A stretch of 64,000 bases of DNA from Octopus vulgaris (taxonomy: Eukaryota). Both the position numbers and the translations under genes were made by a program. The stretch covers positions 11,222,001-11,286,000 of the forward strand of contig OX597835.1 in NCBI GenBank assembly GCA_951406725.2, read 5' to 3'. Each line of letters starts with the position of its first letter. Position 1 is the stretch's first letter. The notes under the pieces are model-generated. The model had not been told where the DNA came from and searched no databases. It saw only the letters and a list, made by a program, of their open reading frames with translations. Below are positions 24,237-37,429 of the stretch, in pieces.

Positions 24237-25949
24237 TACTGAAGTTTACAAGATAATCATTTGCCACCTCCTTTTCTTATTTCCACTCTGTACTCAATGG
24301 TTTGTTCTGAAGAATTGCATACTTAGTTCTATGCCACATTATTAGTATCACACTGCCTTAGCAAAATATGTGTATATATGTGGGTATATGAACAAATGAA
24401 AAGAGAGATGCATTCAACTCGTTTAGTAGGAGTTACATGTATCAGTTTCAAATTTTGACACAAGGCCTGCAATTTCAGGAGGGGGGGTAAGTTGATTACA
24501 GTGACCCCGTTGTTTAACTGGTACTTATTTTATTGACCCCCAAAAGGATGACAAGCAAAGTGAACCCTGGCAGCCTTTGAACTCAGAACATGAAGTCAAA
24601 CATTTTCCTTAGTGCCCTAACAGTTTTGCTAGTTCTATATTATGGTTTCAAAGTTTGGCAGAAGGCAAGTTCGGCGAAGAGGTATAAATTGATTACATCA
24701 AACCCCAGTGTTCAACCGGTACTTATTTTATCGACCCCGAAAGGACGAAAGGCAAATTTGACCTCAGTGGAATTTGAACCCAGAACATAGCGACAGACAA
24801 GATGACACTATTTTGCCCAGTGTACTAATGATTTTGCCAGCTCATCCCTTTGCTAATTATGCACATTATTATTTAAAACAGTTTGATTTGGCTCAGTGTG
24901 ACTTAAATTTTTTGGGGCTTCTTACAGAAATCCGATAAGTTAGGTTTATGTAAGAAGCCTACAAAGTCACATGGGGACAAATTAAACTAGTTTAAATAAC
25001 ACACACACACACACACACGCATCACCCTTATTTTTATTATCATCATGTTCCATTCTGGGTTACACAGATGGACAAGGATCGAATGTGTCCCAGGATAGAA
25101 CCATGCTCCAGTGTCTGCTTTGGCATGGTTTCCACCACTAGATCTCCTTCATAACACAAGCCATTTTACAATGTATACTGGGTGCTTTTTAATGCCCCCT
25201 CACTACTAGCACTACAAAGGTCACCATGCTGTTTACAAGGGTATGGAAGCTGAGGAGAGATGCATCCTTATGTTAGATGGGGTTACAGCATGAGAGGAGA
25301 GGCTGGGGTAGAGCAGGTTCTTGTTGTAGCAGAGCTACGAAGCTTCTCACATTTAGGAAAGAGAGTGGGAATGAATCGGTGACATCTCCAAAGATATGTG
25401 CATGGATTTTGTGATTTTGCTTAGGTATAGCAACACTAAGAACCACTTGTTACAACTCAATGTACATTTTTTTTAGAATTAAGTGTTCGGTGAGTACAGA
25501 GTGTGATATTGATTAATGAGGGGCAAGGGAACAAGTATTATATCATCAAGTTCATTAGCTTACAACTGTTTCTGATTGTAAAAAGCAGTACTCTCAGAAC
25601 TGTAAGCTAATAAGGCTAATAATGTCATTCCTATTTCCTTGCCATTCTATAATTAATAGAAGTGCTTAGTGGTACATCATCTGTCTTTACATTCTGAGTT
25701 CAAATTCCGCCAATGTTGACTTTGCCTTTCATCCTTTCGGGGTCAATAAATTAAGAACCAGTTGCATACTGGGGTCACTGTAACCGAGTGGCCCCCTCCC
25801 CCAAAATTTCGGGCCTATGGGCCTAGAGTAGAAAAGAATATTATATATATACTCTTGTGCATACAAATGCATATATGCATACACACATGTGTGTGTCTGC
25901 GTATAGTATTCAAGACATGACTGTCTTCTTGTTTTATCACTACCTCTCC

Positions 25950-25986
<37 letters not shown>

Positions 25987-25989
25987 CAC

Positions 25990-26323
25990 CGCTCCGACTG
26001 GCTTCTGTGCCAGTGGCACATAAAAAGCACCATCCGAACGTTGCCAGCGCCGCCTTGGCTGGCTTCCGTGCTGCTGGCACATTAAAAGCACCAACCGATC
26101 GTGGCCGATGCCGGACCACCCCCTGGCACCTGTGCAGGTGGCACGTAAAAATCACCCACTACACTCGCGGAGTGGTTGGCGTTAGGAAGGGCATCCAGCC
26201 GTAGAAACTCTGCCAGATCAGACTGGAGCCTGGAGCAGCCCCTGGCTTCCCAGACCCCGGTCGAACCGTCCAACCCATGCTAGCGCGGAAAACGGACGTT
26301 AAACGATGATGATGATGATGATG
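25990..26323 (+). mobile_element. RTE-LINE 3' UTR fragment
   Basis: Family tail plus (GAT)n. Confidence 0.85.
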
Positions 26324-26327
26324 ATAT

Positions 26328-26825
26328 ACAGTGGTGTTCATAAGCTAAGCGTTCATAACATCTAGAATAAAATCGATGTTATAAAATATTCTTTATATCA
26401 CTAATTGCTTTATAATAGCTTCGTACGTTATTTATACTTTATTAATATACACAATTTCATTTCATTATTAATTTATTTATACAAGGGATAGCAATCAAAA
26501 TTAACAAAATTCCAAAAATTATTAGGTGATGCATGTGTAAAACTTTTCATAACATTTTAATGACTTATTTTATTTAGAAATTAATTTTAAACAATAAATA
26601 AACTTCGGAAGATAAATTAATAATTGTTATTAATAATTGTTAGTAAAACCTTAATATAATTGTGCATTTGTATACACATCAATCTTGTCAACATTTTTCC
26701 TTGCAATTTCAATTAATTCATAAAAAAACACTGAAGCAGAAAGTGACCAGTGTTGACCTTAGAAAAATTGTAGAAGCTTACACGTCATGTGATGGATACA
26801 GAAAGATTTCTAACGATTTTCTGTC
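26328..26825 (+). mobile_element. Tc1-like transposon 5' remnant
   Basis: TA|CAGTGG terminus and N-terminal remnant VDLRKIVEAYTSCDGYRKISNDF. Confidence 0.55.
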
Positions 26826-27619
26826 AGAGTAAAGTTCCTAAATCCTTTGTCAACATCTCTAGATTTTCACAGCCTCATCTTCAGGATGACGTGATGTTGG
26901 TGCGTGTTGCTGTGTCCTTACATTAGTCAGAACCAATATGAATGGTGTTGACAAGGTCAGAGTGATTGGTGTTGGAATTAATAAGTGAGAAGAGGAATTT
27001 AAAATGCTTGTTTTATGTCCATTTTGGTTTGTGTGCAACGTATGTTGTCTTGGTGTTCATTTTAAGACACATAACCACAATGCAACAATTATATCAGGCA
27101 CCACATCTATTAGAAAATATGCAAACCATGCATATAGAATATACTGGGTTCAAATTCTGGCCAAAGCCCAGAATTTTTTTTTTTTTTTTTTTTTTGGCAG
27201 GGGTTACATTGACCTCCAGTACTCAACCGGTGCTCATATTATCAACCCTAAAAAGATGAAATGCAAAGTCAACCTCGGTGACATTTGAACTCAGAATGAA
27301 ATAATGGACAAAATACAGCTAAGCATTTTTTGCCTGGCATGCTAACAATTCTGCCGGCTTGCCACCTTGCATATGAAAAATATTATACTAGAACAGATAA
27401 ACATAGAAAAGCATCCCGAACCAGAACATGAAAAGACATTTCTAAACCATAAGCTGATACTAATTCTATGCTAAAAAAACATCATTATCATTTAGCACCT
27501 CTATTCCCCATGCTGGTATAGGTAGGACAATTTGACATGAACAGATAAGGCAGAAGGCTGTAGTAAGGTCCAGTGTCTGTTTTGCTATGGTTTCTGCAAC
27601 TGGGTGCTTTTCTTAATAC

Positions 27620-27852
27620 TTATTTCTTTATTACCCACAAGGGGATAAACATAGAGGGGACAAACAAGGACGGATATAGGTATTAAGTCGATTACATCGA
27701 CCCCAGTGCGTAACTGGTACTTAATTTATCGACCCCGAAAGGATGAAAGGTAAAGTCGACCTCGGCGAAATTTGAACTCACAACATAACAGCAGACGAAA
27801 TACCGCTAAGCATTTCGTCCGGCGTGCTAACGTTTCTGCCAGCACTCCGCCT
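27620..27852 (-). mobile_element. SINE family A with target-site duplication
   Basis: TTTTCTTAATAC on both sides. Confidence 0.85.
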
Positions 27853-28470
27853 TACATTTTCTTAATACCATTCACTTAACAGTGTATCAGGTAATTTTTT
27901 TGTGGTACCAGCACTGGTGAGGTCACCAAGTAACAGTGAGACAAACAAGATATACATGTAAATCTGTGAAGGAATATCCTGGGTCGATTCTCGACAGGGT
28001 GATGCAATTGTGATGCTCCACATCATACGAATGAAACCTTGATGAGAAAACATTAGTAGACAACAAAGGTTCACTCTAAAGAATTATCCACGAAAATAAA
28101 TGATTATTGGTTGAAAGGATGCTCATAGCATTATTTACAAAAGCAAACAAAAGAATAAATACATAAACAAGGAAAATACAAATACTACTTTCATAGTTAA
28201 AATTCAAATCAGAATGGAACTGTCTACACTGGGTGCATTGACTGTATCTGTAAAAAGACACAGCAGAACCTGCCAGCATTACCTCATCCTGAAGATGGGA
28301 CTGTGGAGGTCTAGAAACATTGCTGAGGAATTTAGAAACTTTGATGTTCCAAACAAGCTGCAATGCCATCGTATTGAAATATGGACAAATTCTTGATGAG
28401 ATAAAAGTAGAATACACACTCAGTGTTTTACATAACATGTCAAAAAGCCATTTCACATGTCTACAAATAT

Positions 28471-28565
<95 letters not shown>

Positions 28566-28859
28566 TATATGTATATGTGTGTGTGTGTGTGTATGCATGT
28601 AAGGATGTTGGTATACATCCATGTGTATGTGTTTATGTCTGTTCCAGTGTTGGTGTCAAAGTTTATGGTTATGTAAAACCTGGGTTGTGTCAAAGAGCAA
28701 AACTTAGTAAGTTAGGGTGTTTGTGTGCACGACTTGTGGAACTCTGACTTCACTGTCAATAAAATTATTAAAACTGTCTGACTTTGCACATCTACAGAGG
28801 CTTTTATTTAGTAAAAATGTACAACGTTTTTATGCTTAAAAAAACATAATCTTAAACCA

Positions 28860-29642
<783 letters not shown>

Positions 29643-30088
29643 TTTTCACTGCTCCTTTGAAGTTTCATTGAAGGCTGGCCTTTTTCAAAGTATGTTGTAT
29701 ATATAGAAATTGGACATATAAAAATACATATGAGGAGAGGTGTACAAGGTGGGGGAGAATCGATGATTAACAGCAGACAGGTGAGAAGGGGGTGGGGGGG
29801 AGATGGAGGTGGTGGCTGTCTGTCGAAGAATTGGGCGAAAACAAACGGATAAAGTAAAAAAAAAAAAAAAAGGGGGTGGATTTAAAAAAAAAAAAAATTT
29901 TTTTTTTTATTTGTATTTTTAAATTCTGGCATATTCATCTGTGGTCGAAAAATGGGGAGGCGGCTGAAATGGAGAGAAGGAAATATACAGACGGGTGTGT
30001 GGGGATGGGGGTGGGGGGAAAGGGGGTGGGGGAAATTGTGTATAAGGGTCCGTTGGAAGATGGGTTGGGTTCCAGAATGCATTAGGTA

Positions 30089-30124
<36 letters not shown>

Positions 30125-30379
30125 CATTTTGGAAACCATGGCACATGGAGGACAAACAAGCATAGATATATGTATTTACACACACATACACACATAAAAC
30201 AAATACTGAATGCATATATTTTGAAATTAGGGAAAGTGGAGATCTTTGGTTAAAACATATAACTGTTAAACAACTATTTGTTCTGCATTTTTGTGTAGAA
30301 GTCTATGTGTAGATATATGTGTAGATTTGCATGTGTGTATAAGTGAGTGTATAGACACACATATGCTTGTGTGTGTGTG

Positions 30380-30437
<58 letters not shown>

Positions 30438-30439
30438 AG

Positions 30440-30616
30440 CACATAAAAGCACCCACTACACTCTCGGAGTGGTTGGCATTAGGAAGGGCATCCAGCTGTA
30501 GAAACTCTGCCAGATCAAGACTGGAGCCTGGTGCAGCCATCTGGTTCGCCAGCCCTCAGTCAAACCATCCAACCCATGCTACATGGAAAGTGGACGTTAA
30601 ACGATGATGATGATGA
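30440..30616 (+). mobile_element. RTE-LINE 3' tail
   Basis: Family tail plus (GAT)n. Confidence 0.85.
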
Positions 30617-31055
30617 TATATATATGTATATATACACACACATATATATGTGTGTGTGTGTGTGTGTGTGCTCAATGCCCTTCCTAATGCCAACCACTTT
30701 ACAGTATGGAATGGATTCGATTAATGAAAACTGAAAGGAAGCACATGTTTGTGGATGTGTGTGTGTGTGTGTGTGTACATATATATATAGGAGCAGGCAT
30801 GGCTGTATGGTAAGAAGTTGGCTTCCTAGCCACATGGTTCTGGGTTCAATTCTATACTGGGTTGTACATTAAGCAAGTGTCTCCTATTGTAGCTTCAGAC
30901 CAAACAAAGCCTTGTGATTGGATATGACTGGTAGAAACTGAATGAAGCCAGTCATGTACATGTGTGTGTGTGTGTGTATGTGTATTTGTAAGTGCATGTA
31001 CATGTATAATTGTGTGTGTGTGTGTGTGTATAAATATGTGTTCGCATATATATAT

Positions 31056-31187
31056 GAGTGGCTGTGTGGTAAGTAGCTTGTTTACCAACCACATGGTTCC
31101 AGGTTCAGTCCCACTGCATGGCACCTTGAGCCGACCAAAGCCTTGTGAGTGGATTTGGTAGACGGAAACTGAAAGAAGCCCGTCGTA

Positions 31188-31244
<57 letters not shown>

Positions 31245-31445
31245 TTGTGTGTCTGTGTTTGTCCCCCTAGCATTGCTTGGCAACCGATGCTGGTGTGTTT
31301 ATGTCTTCGGCAAAAGAGACCGATAGAATAAGTACTGGGCTTACAAAAGAATAAGTCCCGGGGTCGAGTTGCTCGATTAAAGGCGGTGCTCCAGCATGGC
31401 TGCAGTCAAATGACTGAAACAAGTAAAAGAGTAAAAGAGTAAAAA
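31056..31445 (+). mobile_element. SINE family B
   Basis: Colinear with 13384-13795. (GAGTAAAA)n tail. Confidence 0.85.
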
Positions 31446-32180
31446 AGAGTATGCATGTTTCTTTATGTGTGTGTGTATTCTATTGATTTAGAACAGAATA
31501 TATGGAAAGCCGAAGGCATAAAGTCTGCTGTGAGTTTCCACTTAATAACCATATGGTAATTATTTCTGTTCTGTTAGAGATTTTCATCCGGCAAAAATCT
31601 GCTTTTGCTGAAAACACTGGTTCACAAAACCAATGTTATACATGGTCAGAAACCAGTTGGTCAGTGGCTGCTGGTCACCATATTCGTTGTTTTGTAATCC
31701 TGCCCTTACCATGAACAGATTTCTATTGGTTAGAAATCCATATGTCAGCAAGAAAAAATTCCCAAGTAGCCACGTATTTGAAACTCACAGGCTTATTCTA
31801 TGAATCAATATTGGTTTGCCTCTAGATCTTGGTTTATAAGAATGCTTCCTTATTGGGTTTTTTTTCATTTCAGAACCACTGTGTATGTGTGTGTGTGTGT
31901 GTGTCACAGTTTCGACCAAACCATCAATGCTGATCACAGTGTGCTTCCAATACTATCTTGATTGCTCCATTCTCTTCCAAATTGACTCAAATTGCTTAGC
32001 TAAATCATCTTCCCATCGCTATGGCAGCCTTCCAAGTGACCTTTTCTGATCTTTTGGATGTCACTGGTCAACTGCAAATGTCCACCTGTTGTCTGTGAAC
32101 CTTGCAACATGTCTGGCCCAGTGAAACTTGTACTTTCTGTATTCTGCAATCACATTCTTCACTCAATTCCATTCTCAAAC

Positions 32181-32333
32181 TATGTACATTATTTACATTT
32201 GATGGATGTTTGTCCTCATCTTGTTTGTTGTTAACACGTTTCGGCTGATATACCCTCAAGTTTTCATCAGGTGTCTTGGGGAAATTTCGAACCTGGGTTC
32301 TCATCTCTAAAGTAATTTTCGATGTTGTTGTTG

Positions 32334-32388
<55 letters not shown>

Positions 32389-32570
32389 CATTATTCAGGA
32401 CACTGCCTGGAATCAAACTCAGAATCTTGGGGTTAGTAGCCCATGCTCTTAACCACTATGCCATATGATGAAGGCTGGAGGGTATATGAGCCGAAACGTT
32501 GCATTAGCAACAAACAAAATGAGGACAAATATCTGTCAAAATGTAAATAATGTAGAAATAATAACCTCAT
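32181..32570 (-). mobile_element. tRNA-headed SINE-like element carrying a hammerhead motif, with inverted partial terminal copy
   Basis: Minus strand has A-box TGGCATAGTGG (32463-32453), B-box GAGTTTGATTCC (32420-32409), (AAT)n and GACAC-CTGATGA...CAGCC-GAAAC-GTGTT (32275-32233). A plus-strand inverted copy TGATGAAGGCTGGAGGGTATATGAGCCGAAACGTT starts at 32466. Confidence 0.7.
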
Positions 32571-32657
32571 GTTAGAACTCAATACACATTTGTTATGGAG
32601 AACATCATTGGTCAAGTACAGAACACAGTTTAAAACTAAATACAGGGTATTTCAGTA

Positions 32658-32833
32658 GCCTATAGCTGTTTCTGTGATAAGATGCAGTGTATTCAGAGAA
32701 TAGTTCTTGTGCATCTTCCTCAGGCCTTCAAAAATGCACTTGATTTTTTTAAGCTCTGTGGATGCTATAAAGTGATGCACAAGCACTTGGCTCCGAGTGC
32801 GCTATATCTTATAGCAGAAACAAATATAAGCTA
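32658..32833. ncRNA. Inverted pair of degenerate hammerhead-like motifs (same family as 24158)
   Basis: Minus: GC-CTGAGGA-aGATGCA..TGCATC..GAAAC-AGCT-ATA-GGC. Plus: AGCT-CTGTGGA-TGCTATAA..TTATAGCA-GAAAC..TA-AGCT. Both are followed by GCTACTGAA. Confidence 0.5.
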
Positions 32834-33332
32834 CTGAAACACATTAAATAATTTCCTATTTCTTTGTCATTTATTTCATTCCATATATATATTTATATGT
32901 GTATGTATGTGTGTATACACACACACACACATATACACACACACAGATATATATATATACATTTGTGGGTTCTCTGATCTTCTTACTGACTTCATGCACA
33001 TTCAATATTGTATACTCTCTTCTAACACATCTATTCTCCGTGCTCAATTATTTTTTAATCTAATTATCGCTTCCAGGATTTATTTCAATATTTTCAAATT
33101 CTATATCAATGTTTATTTTTTTGTTTTATTTTATCTATTTATTTATTTTTACATTACATTCTTATACGTATTTCATAATTCCAGGATAAATATGTATGTT
33201 TTCACCTTCTTTAAATTTTAAAACTGTTAGCTCTTGTGGTTGTTAACGAACTGTTAATTAGGCATATCCTATTCATCATCGTTAATAAATGAACATGACA
33301 CCTTGTTGGATTTTAAAGTACTTATTACTTCA

Positions 33333-33365
<33 letters not shown>

Positions 33366-34406
33366 CTGCAGCAGCAGTAGCAACAGTAGCGGCAGTGGTG
33401 GTGGTGGTGGTGGTGGTGGTGGTGGTGGTAGTGGTGGTGGTGGTGGTAGTCATAGTAGTATGACTTCTCTGCATAAAACACATCTTGTGGCTGTGTGGTA
33501 AGAAGCTTGCTTCTCAACCGTATGGATTTGGGTTCAGTCCCACTGCATGGCACCTTGAGCAAATGTCTTCTCCTTGTGTCTAAGCAAGGATACTCACACA
33601 CACACACACACACACACAACAGGCTTCTTTCAATTTCCATTTAATAGATCCACTCACAATGCTTTGGTTAACCTGCCCAAGGTACCACATGGTGAAATTG
33701 AACCTCAAAGCCACATGGTTGCAGTGCCAGCTGATTAACCACCCAGCCATGCTGTTACCTATAATAATCTTCAAAGAAGTCACATGACACCAAGAATAAT
33801 ATCACGGAAGATTAAAAGTAAATTTCTGTTCTAAATTGATGACAGTTATTCACATCCATAGCTTAGAGCAGTGCTTTAAAAACGACTGTTGTGTAAGATT
33901 CTGTAGGCTGTCACTGTCAAAATGATCGGTGTAAAATAAGTATGGAAACAGTGTAGGAGCATAATTGAGAATAGATTACAAGAAAGGGAAAATGTACTGG
34001 GGTGGGGGGAACGGCCTTGTCATGTGATAACAGAGCGGAATCAGAAATCAGAAAGAAAAGAAAATGATTGGTTAAGTTGGTGTGACACTGGAGAGAAAAT
34101 TGAGAAATCTGTCAGAAGGTGATAGGATTGGAAGTCAGATATATAGTGAAAGGATTTGCCGAGAACAACATCAAAACAGTGGTTTAAGAGATTGGGAAGC
34201 AAAAATGGAGATCCAGATAAAGGGGCTGCAGAAAAAACTGAGATCCTTTAATCTGCAGGAAATTATTTGTCGGTGTCATTTGGATGTTCAGGTGATATTG
34301 TTATTACTGTGTGCATCAGGTGTTAATGCATTGATACGATCGGGATGGCACATTGGTGGTGATGATGCTGACGAGGAGGAGGATGAGGAGGAAGACGATG
34401 ACAATA

Positions 34407-34464
<58 letters not shown>

Positions 34465-34605
34465 TAATCATAACAACAAAAATGAGAATATTCATTATGT
34501 TTAGCATGTGCCCACACATATGTGCAGTGTGCGTGTGTATATACACACACACATACATGCATATGTATATGTGTATATATACACACATACATATACATAC
34601 ATATG

Positions 34606-34637
<32 letters not shown>

Positions 34638-34657
34638 CACACATATACATACATGTG

Positions 34658-34695
<38 letters not shown>

Positions 34696-34831
34696 GACAT
34701 ATACATACATATGTATATGTGTGTGTATATATATATATATACACACACACATACATGCATATGAATATGTGTATATATACACACATACATATACATATGT
34801 ATATATTTATTCACACACATAAACATACATA

Positions 34832-34871
<40 letters not shown>

Positions 34872-34891
34872 TATACACACATATACATATA

Positions 34892-34935
<44 letters not shown>

Positions 34936-34967
34936 CACACACACATACACAAACATACATGTGTATG

Positions 34968-35885
34968 TACAGGGGGTGTTCATTAAAGATTTTCCCTGAC
35001 CCACTTCCCAAGAACTGGGATAAATGAAGCTTGGCATAATTATTAGTCCTTCTCTAAATAGCTACTACCAATGGTGACATACTTTTCCCATCGCTTTCTG
35101 CAACTGTGAAGACCTCATCAGTAGAAGTCAGTAGGTTGCGTTTGGAGCCAAGGCTTTACATCTCTCTCTATATAAACGGCAGTTTGTCTGTGCGTGTTTC
35201 TGTGTGTCTGTTTGCTTGTACCCTCACCCTGACCACGACTTTCAACCGATTCTGATGAAACTTGACACACACATAGCCCAATGTCATAATTCAAAACTAA
35301 TGCAGCGAAAATTTTGAAAAGTTCCCCCAGTTCTGAAAAAAATCGATAAATTCGACTGGGGTCGAGAATCAGGAATACGAACCACAAACTGTCTAGGGGA
35401 CGCAACTCTACCTTTTTTAAATCTCAAAAAAAAATTTACCATCATTTTTTTCCATTTTTTTGCTATTTTTTGGCTATAACTCTCTAAAAATGCTTTATAG
35501 TTATTTCCCTTACAAACCTGAGCAACGCCGGGCGATACTGCTAGTAGGAAATAAGTTCATCATCATCTGAAAAGTGTTTTCTTTTCAAAAAAAGAGTTCA
35601 TGGTTAGAAAGAGGTGGAAGTCAGATGGTGTTGAGGTCAGGAGAGTAAGGAGGATGAGGAAATATTTCATAGCCACAGGAGTGAGCTTTCATCTGAATGA
35701 CACGTGCATTGTGAACTGGGATTTTGTCTTGGAGGAGGCAGACTCCTTTGGTCAGCATGCCACACCTGCCTACTTTGATGGCATCCTGCAATTTCTGCAG
35801 CAGAGTAGCATAATATGCTCCATTAATTGTGGTGCCTTTGTCAGAAAATCCATCATCACCACTCCATGCTGGTCCAAAAAGTCAG
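34968..35885 (-). mobile_element. Decayed mariner transposon interrupted by a Helitron
   Basis: Remnants LLQDK..VHNAR and PHPPYSPDL.PSDFHLF. Terminus begins TACAGGGGGTGTTCA. Confidence 0.75.
35161..35544 (+). mobile_element. Non-autonomous Helitron
   Basis: A|TC 5' end, subterminal GTCT-type repeats, GC-rich 3' hairpin CCTGAGCAACGCCGGG, CTAG|T 3' end and no TSD. Confidence 0.85.
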
Positions 35886-36192
35886 GAGGGTACCTTAACT
35901 CCAAGATGGAAGCTGTGGAGGGTAGTCCACATTTTCGGAAATCTTTACTTCAAAATTGGACAACCTAGCTATCAAACGAAGGAAGACAACTTGCCCAGCT
36001 ATATTTTTAAAGAGGATTATTTCTTGAACTATCACCGGTGTTCTTGTGTTTTAAAACAAAAACTTTTTGCATAGAATGGTTACTGTTTAGAGAAACTGAA
36101 GAGATGTCTAGTTCACTCTAGATATGAAACCAATGGGTTTTTCTAAACTTACATTACACATACACAAATATATATATATATATGTATATATA

Positions 36193-36457
36193 CTGGCACC
36201 TGTGCCGGTGGCATGTGTAAAAAGATTCGAGCGAGGTCATTGCCAGTACCACCTAACTGGCCCCCATGCCGGTGGGACATAAAAAGCACCCACTACACTC
36301 TCGGAGTGGTTGGCATTAGGAAGGGCATCCAGCCGTAGAAACTCTGCCAGATCAAGATTAGAGTCTGGTGCAGCCATCTGGTTTGCCAGCCCTCAGTGAA
36401 AATCGTCCAACACATGCTAGCATGGAAAGCTGACATTAAACGATGATGATGATGATG
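36193..36457 (+). mobile_element. RTE-LINE 3' UTR fragment
   Basis: Family tail plus (GAT)n. Confidence 0.85.
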
Positions 36458-36483
36458 TATATATATATATGTATAAATATATT

Positions 36484-36648
36484 TAAATATAAGAGTGTAT
36501 AAAAGTTTGATGGGACTCCTTACATGCTAAAAAGGGCAGTTAAAGCCCAAATCATGTGGTTTGGGCTTTAATTGCATTTTTTTGCATGTAGAGAGTCCCA
36601 TCAAGGGTCTCCTTTCTGTGTATAAGCCTTTATACACTCTTATATTTA
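36484..36648. repeat. Imperfect long hairpin next to (TA)n
   Basis: TAAATATAAGAGTGTATAAA/TTTATACACTCTTATATTTA, TTGATGGGACTC/GAGTCCCATCAA and TTAAAGCCCAAA/TTTGGGCTTTAA. Confidence 0.8.
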
Positions 36649-36740
36649 TAACTATGTTATGCCTTAATGTCTTAAGACTTTTATTACGCATGCTAACCAC
36701 TGCTAATAAATTATTTTAATTTATTACCTTCATATTTACT

Positions 36741-36777
<37 letters not shown>

Positions 36778-36940
36778 CTTCTTTCAGTTTCCATCTTGGA
36801 AATCCTCACAAGATTTTGATTGGACCTAGGTTATAGTAGACACTTGCCCAAGCTTCCATACCATAGGATTGAATCCGAAACCATGTGACTGAGAGGAAAC
36901 TCTTTTAACCACACAGCCATGCCTGTGTCTATATATCTAG

Positions 36941-37094
36941 GTGGAAGCGCAATGGCCCAGTGGTTAGGGCAGCGGACTCGCGGTCATAGGATCACGGTTT
37001 CGATTCCCAGACCGGGCGTTGTGAGTGTTTATTGAGCGAAAACACCTAAAGCTCCACGAGGCTCCGGCAGGGGATGGTGGTCACATTTTGAATG

Positions 37095-37164
<70 letters not shown>

Positions 37165-37345
37165 AGGCTGGCCTTGTCCTTCTCAGTTTCCTCCCAAATC
37201 CTCACAAGACTTTGATTGGACCAAGGTTATAGGGTGCACGTGTCTGTGGAGTGCTCAGCCACTTACACGTTAATTTCACGAGCAGGCTGTTCCGTTGATT
37301 CGGATCAATCGGAACCCTCATCATCATAACCGACGGAGTGCTTCC
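36941..37345 (+). mobile_element. tRNA-derived SINE family C, internally disrupted
   Basis: TGGCCCAGTGGTTAGGGCAGCGGACTCGCGGTC...GGTTTCGATTCCC head. The 3' part resumes near 37230. Confidence 0.8.
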
Positions 37346-37384
37346 ATCCATAGATAGATACATAGAGATATAGATAGATAGATT

Positions 37385-37429
<45 letters not shown>

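Noticed and set aside
34082-34504. 140-aa ORF as a protein-coding gene
   Set aside because: Non-ATG start, no domain, and its end runs through microsatellites.
35251-35260. CTGATGA hammerhead core (also 17787 and 9171)
   Set aside because: No properly placed stem II plus GAAA and cleavage helix. The first two lie within Helitron and mariner sequence.
36941-37015. tRNA-Arg-like gene (also 50958 and 32400-32467)
   Set aside because: A and B boxes are present, but there is no acceptor-stem closure and each continues into a multi-copy SINE body.
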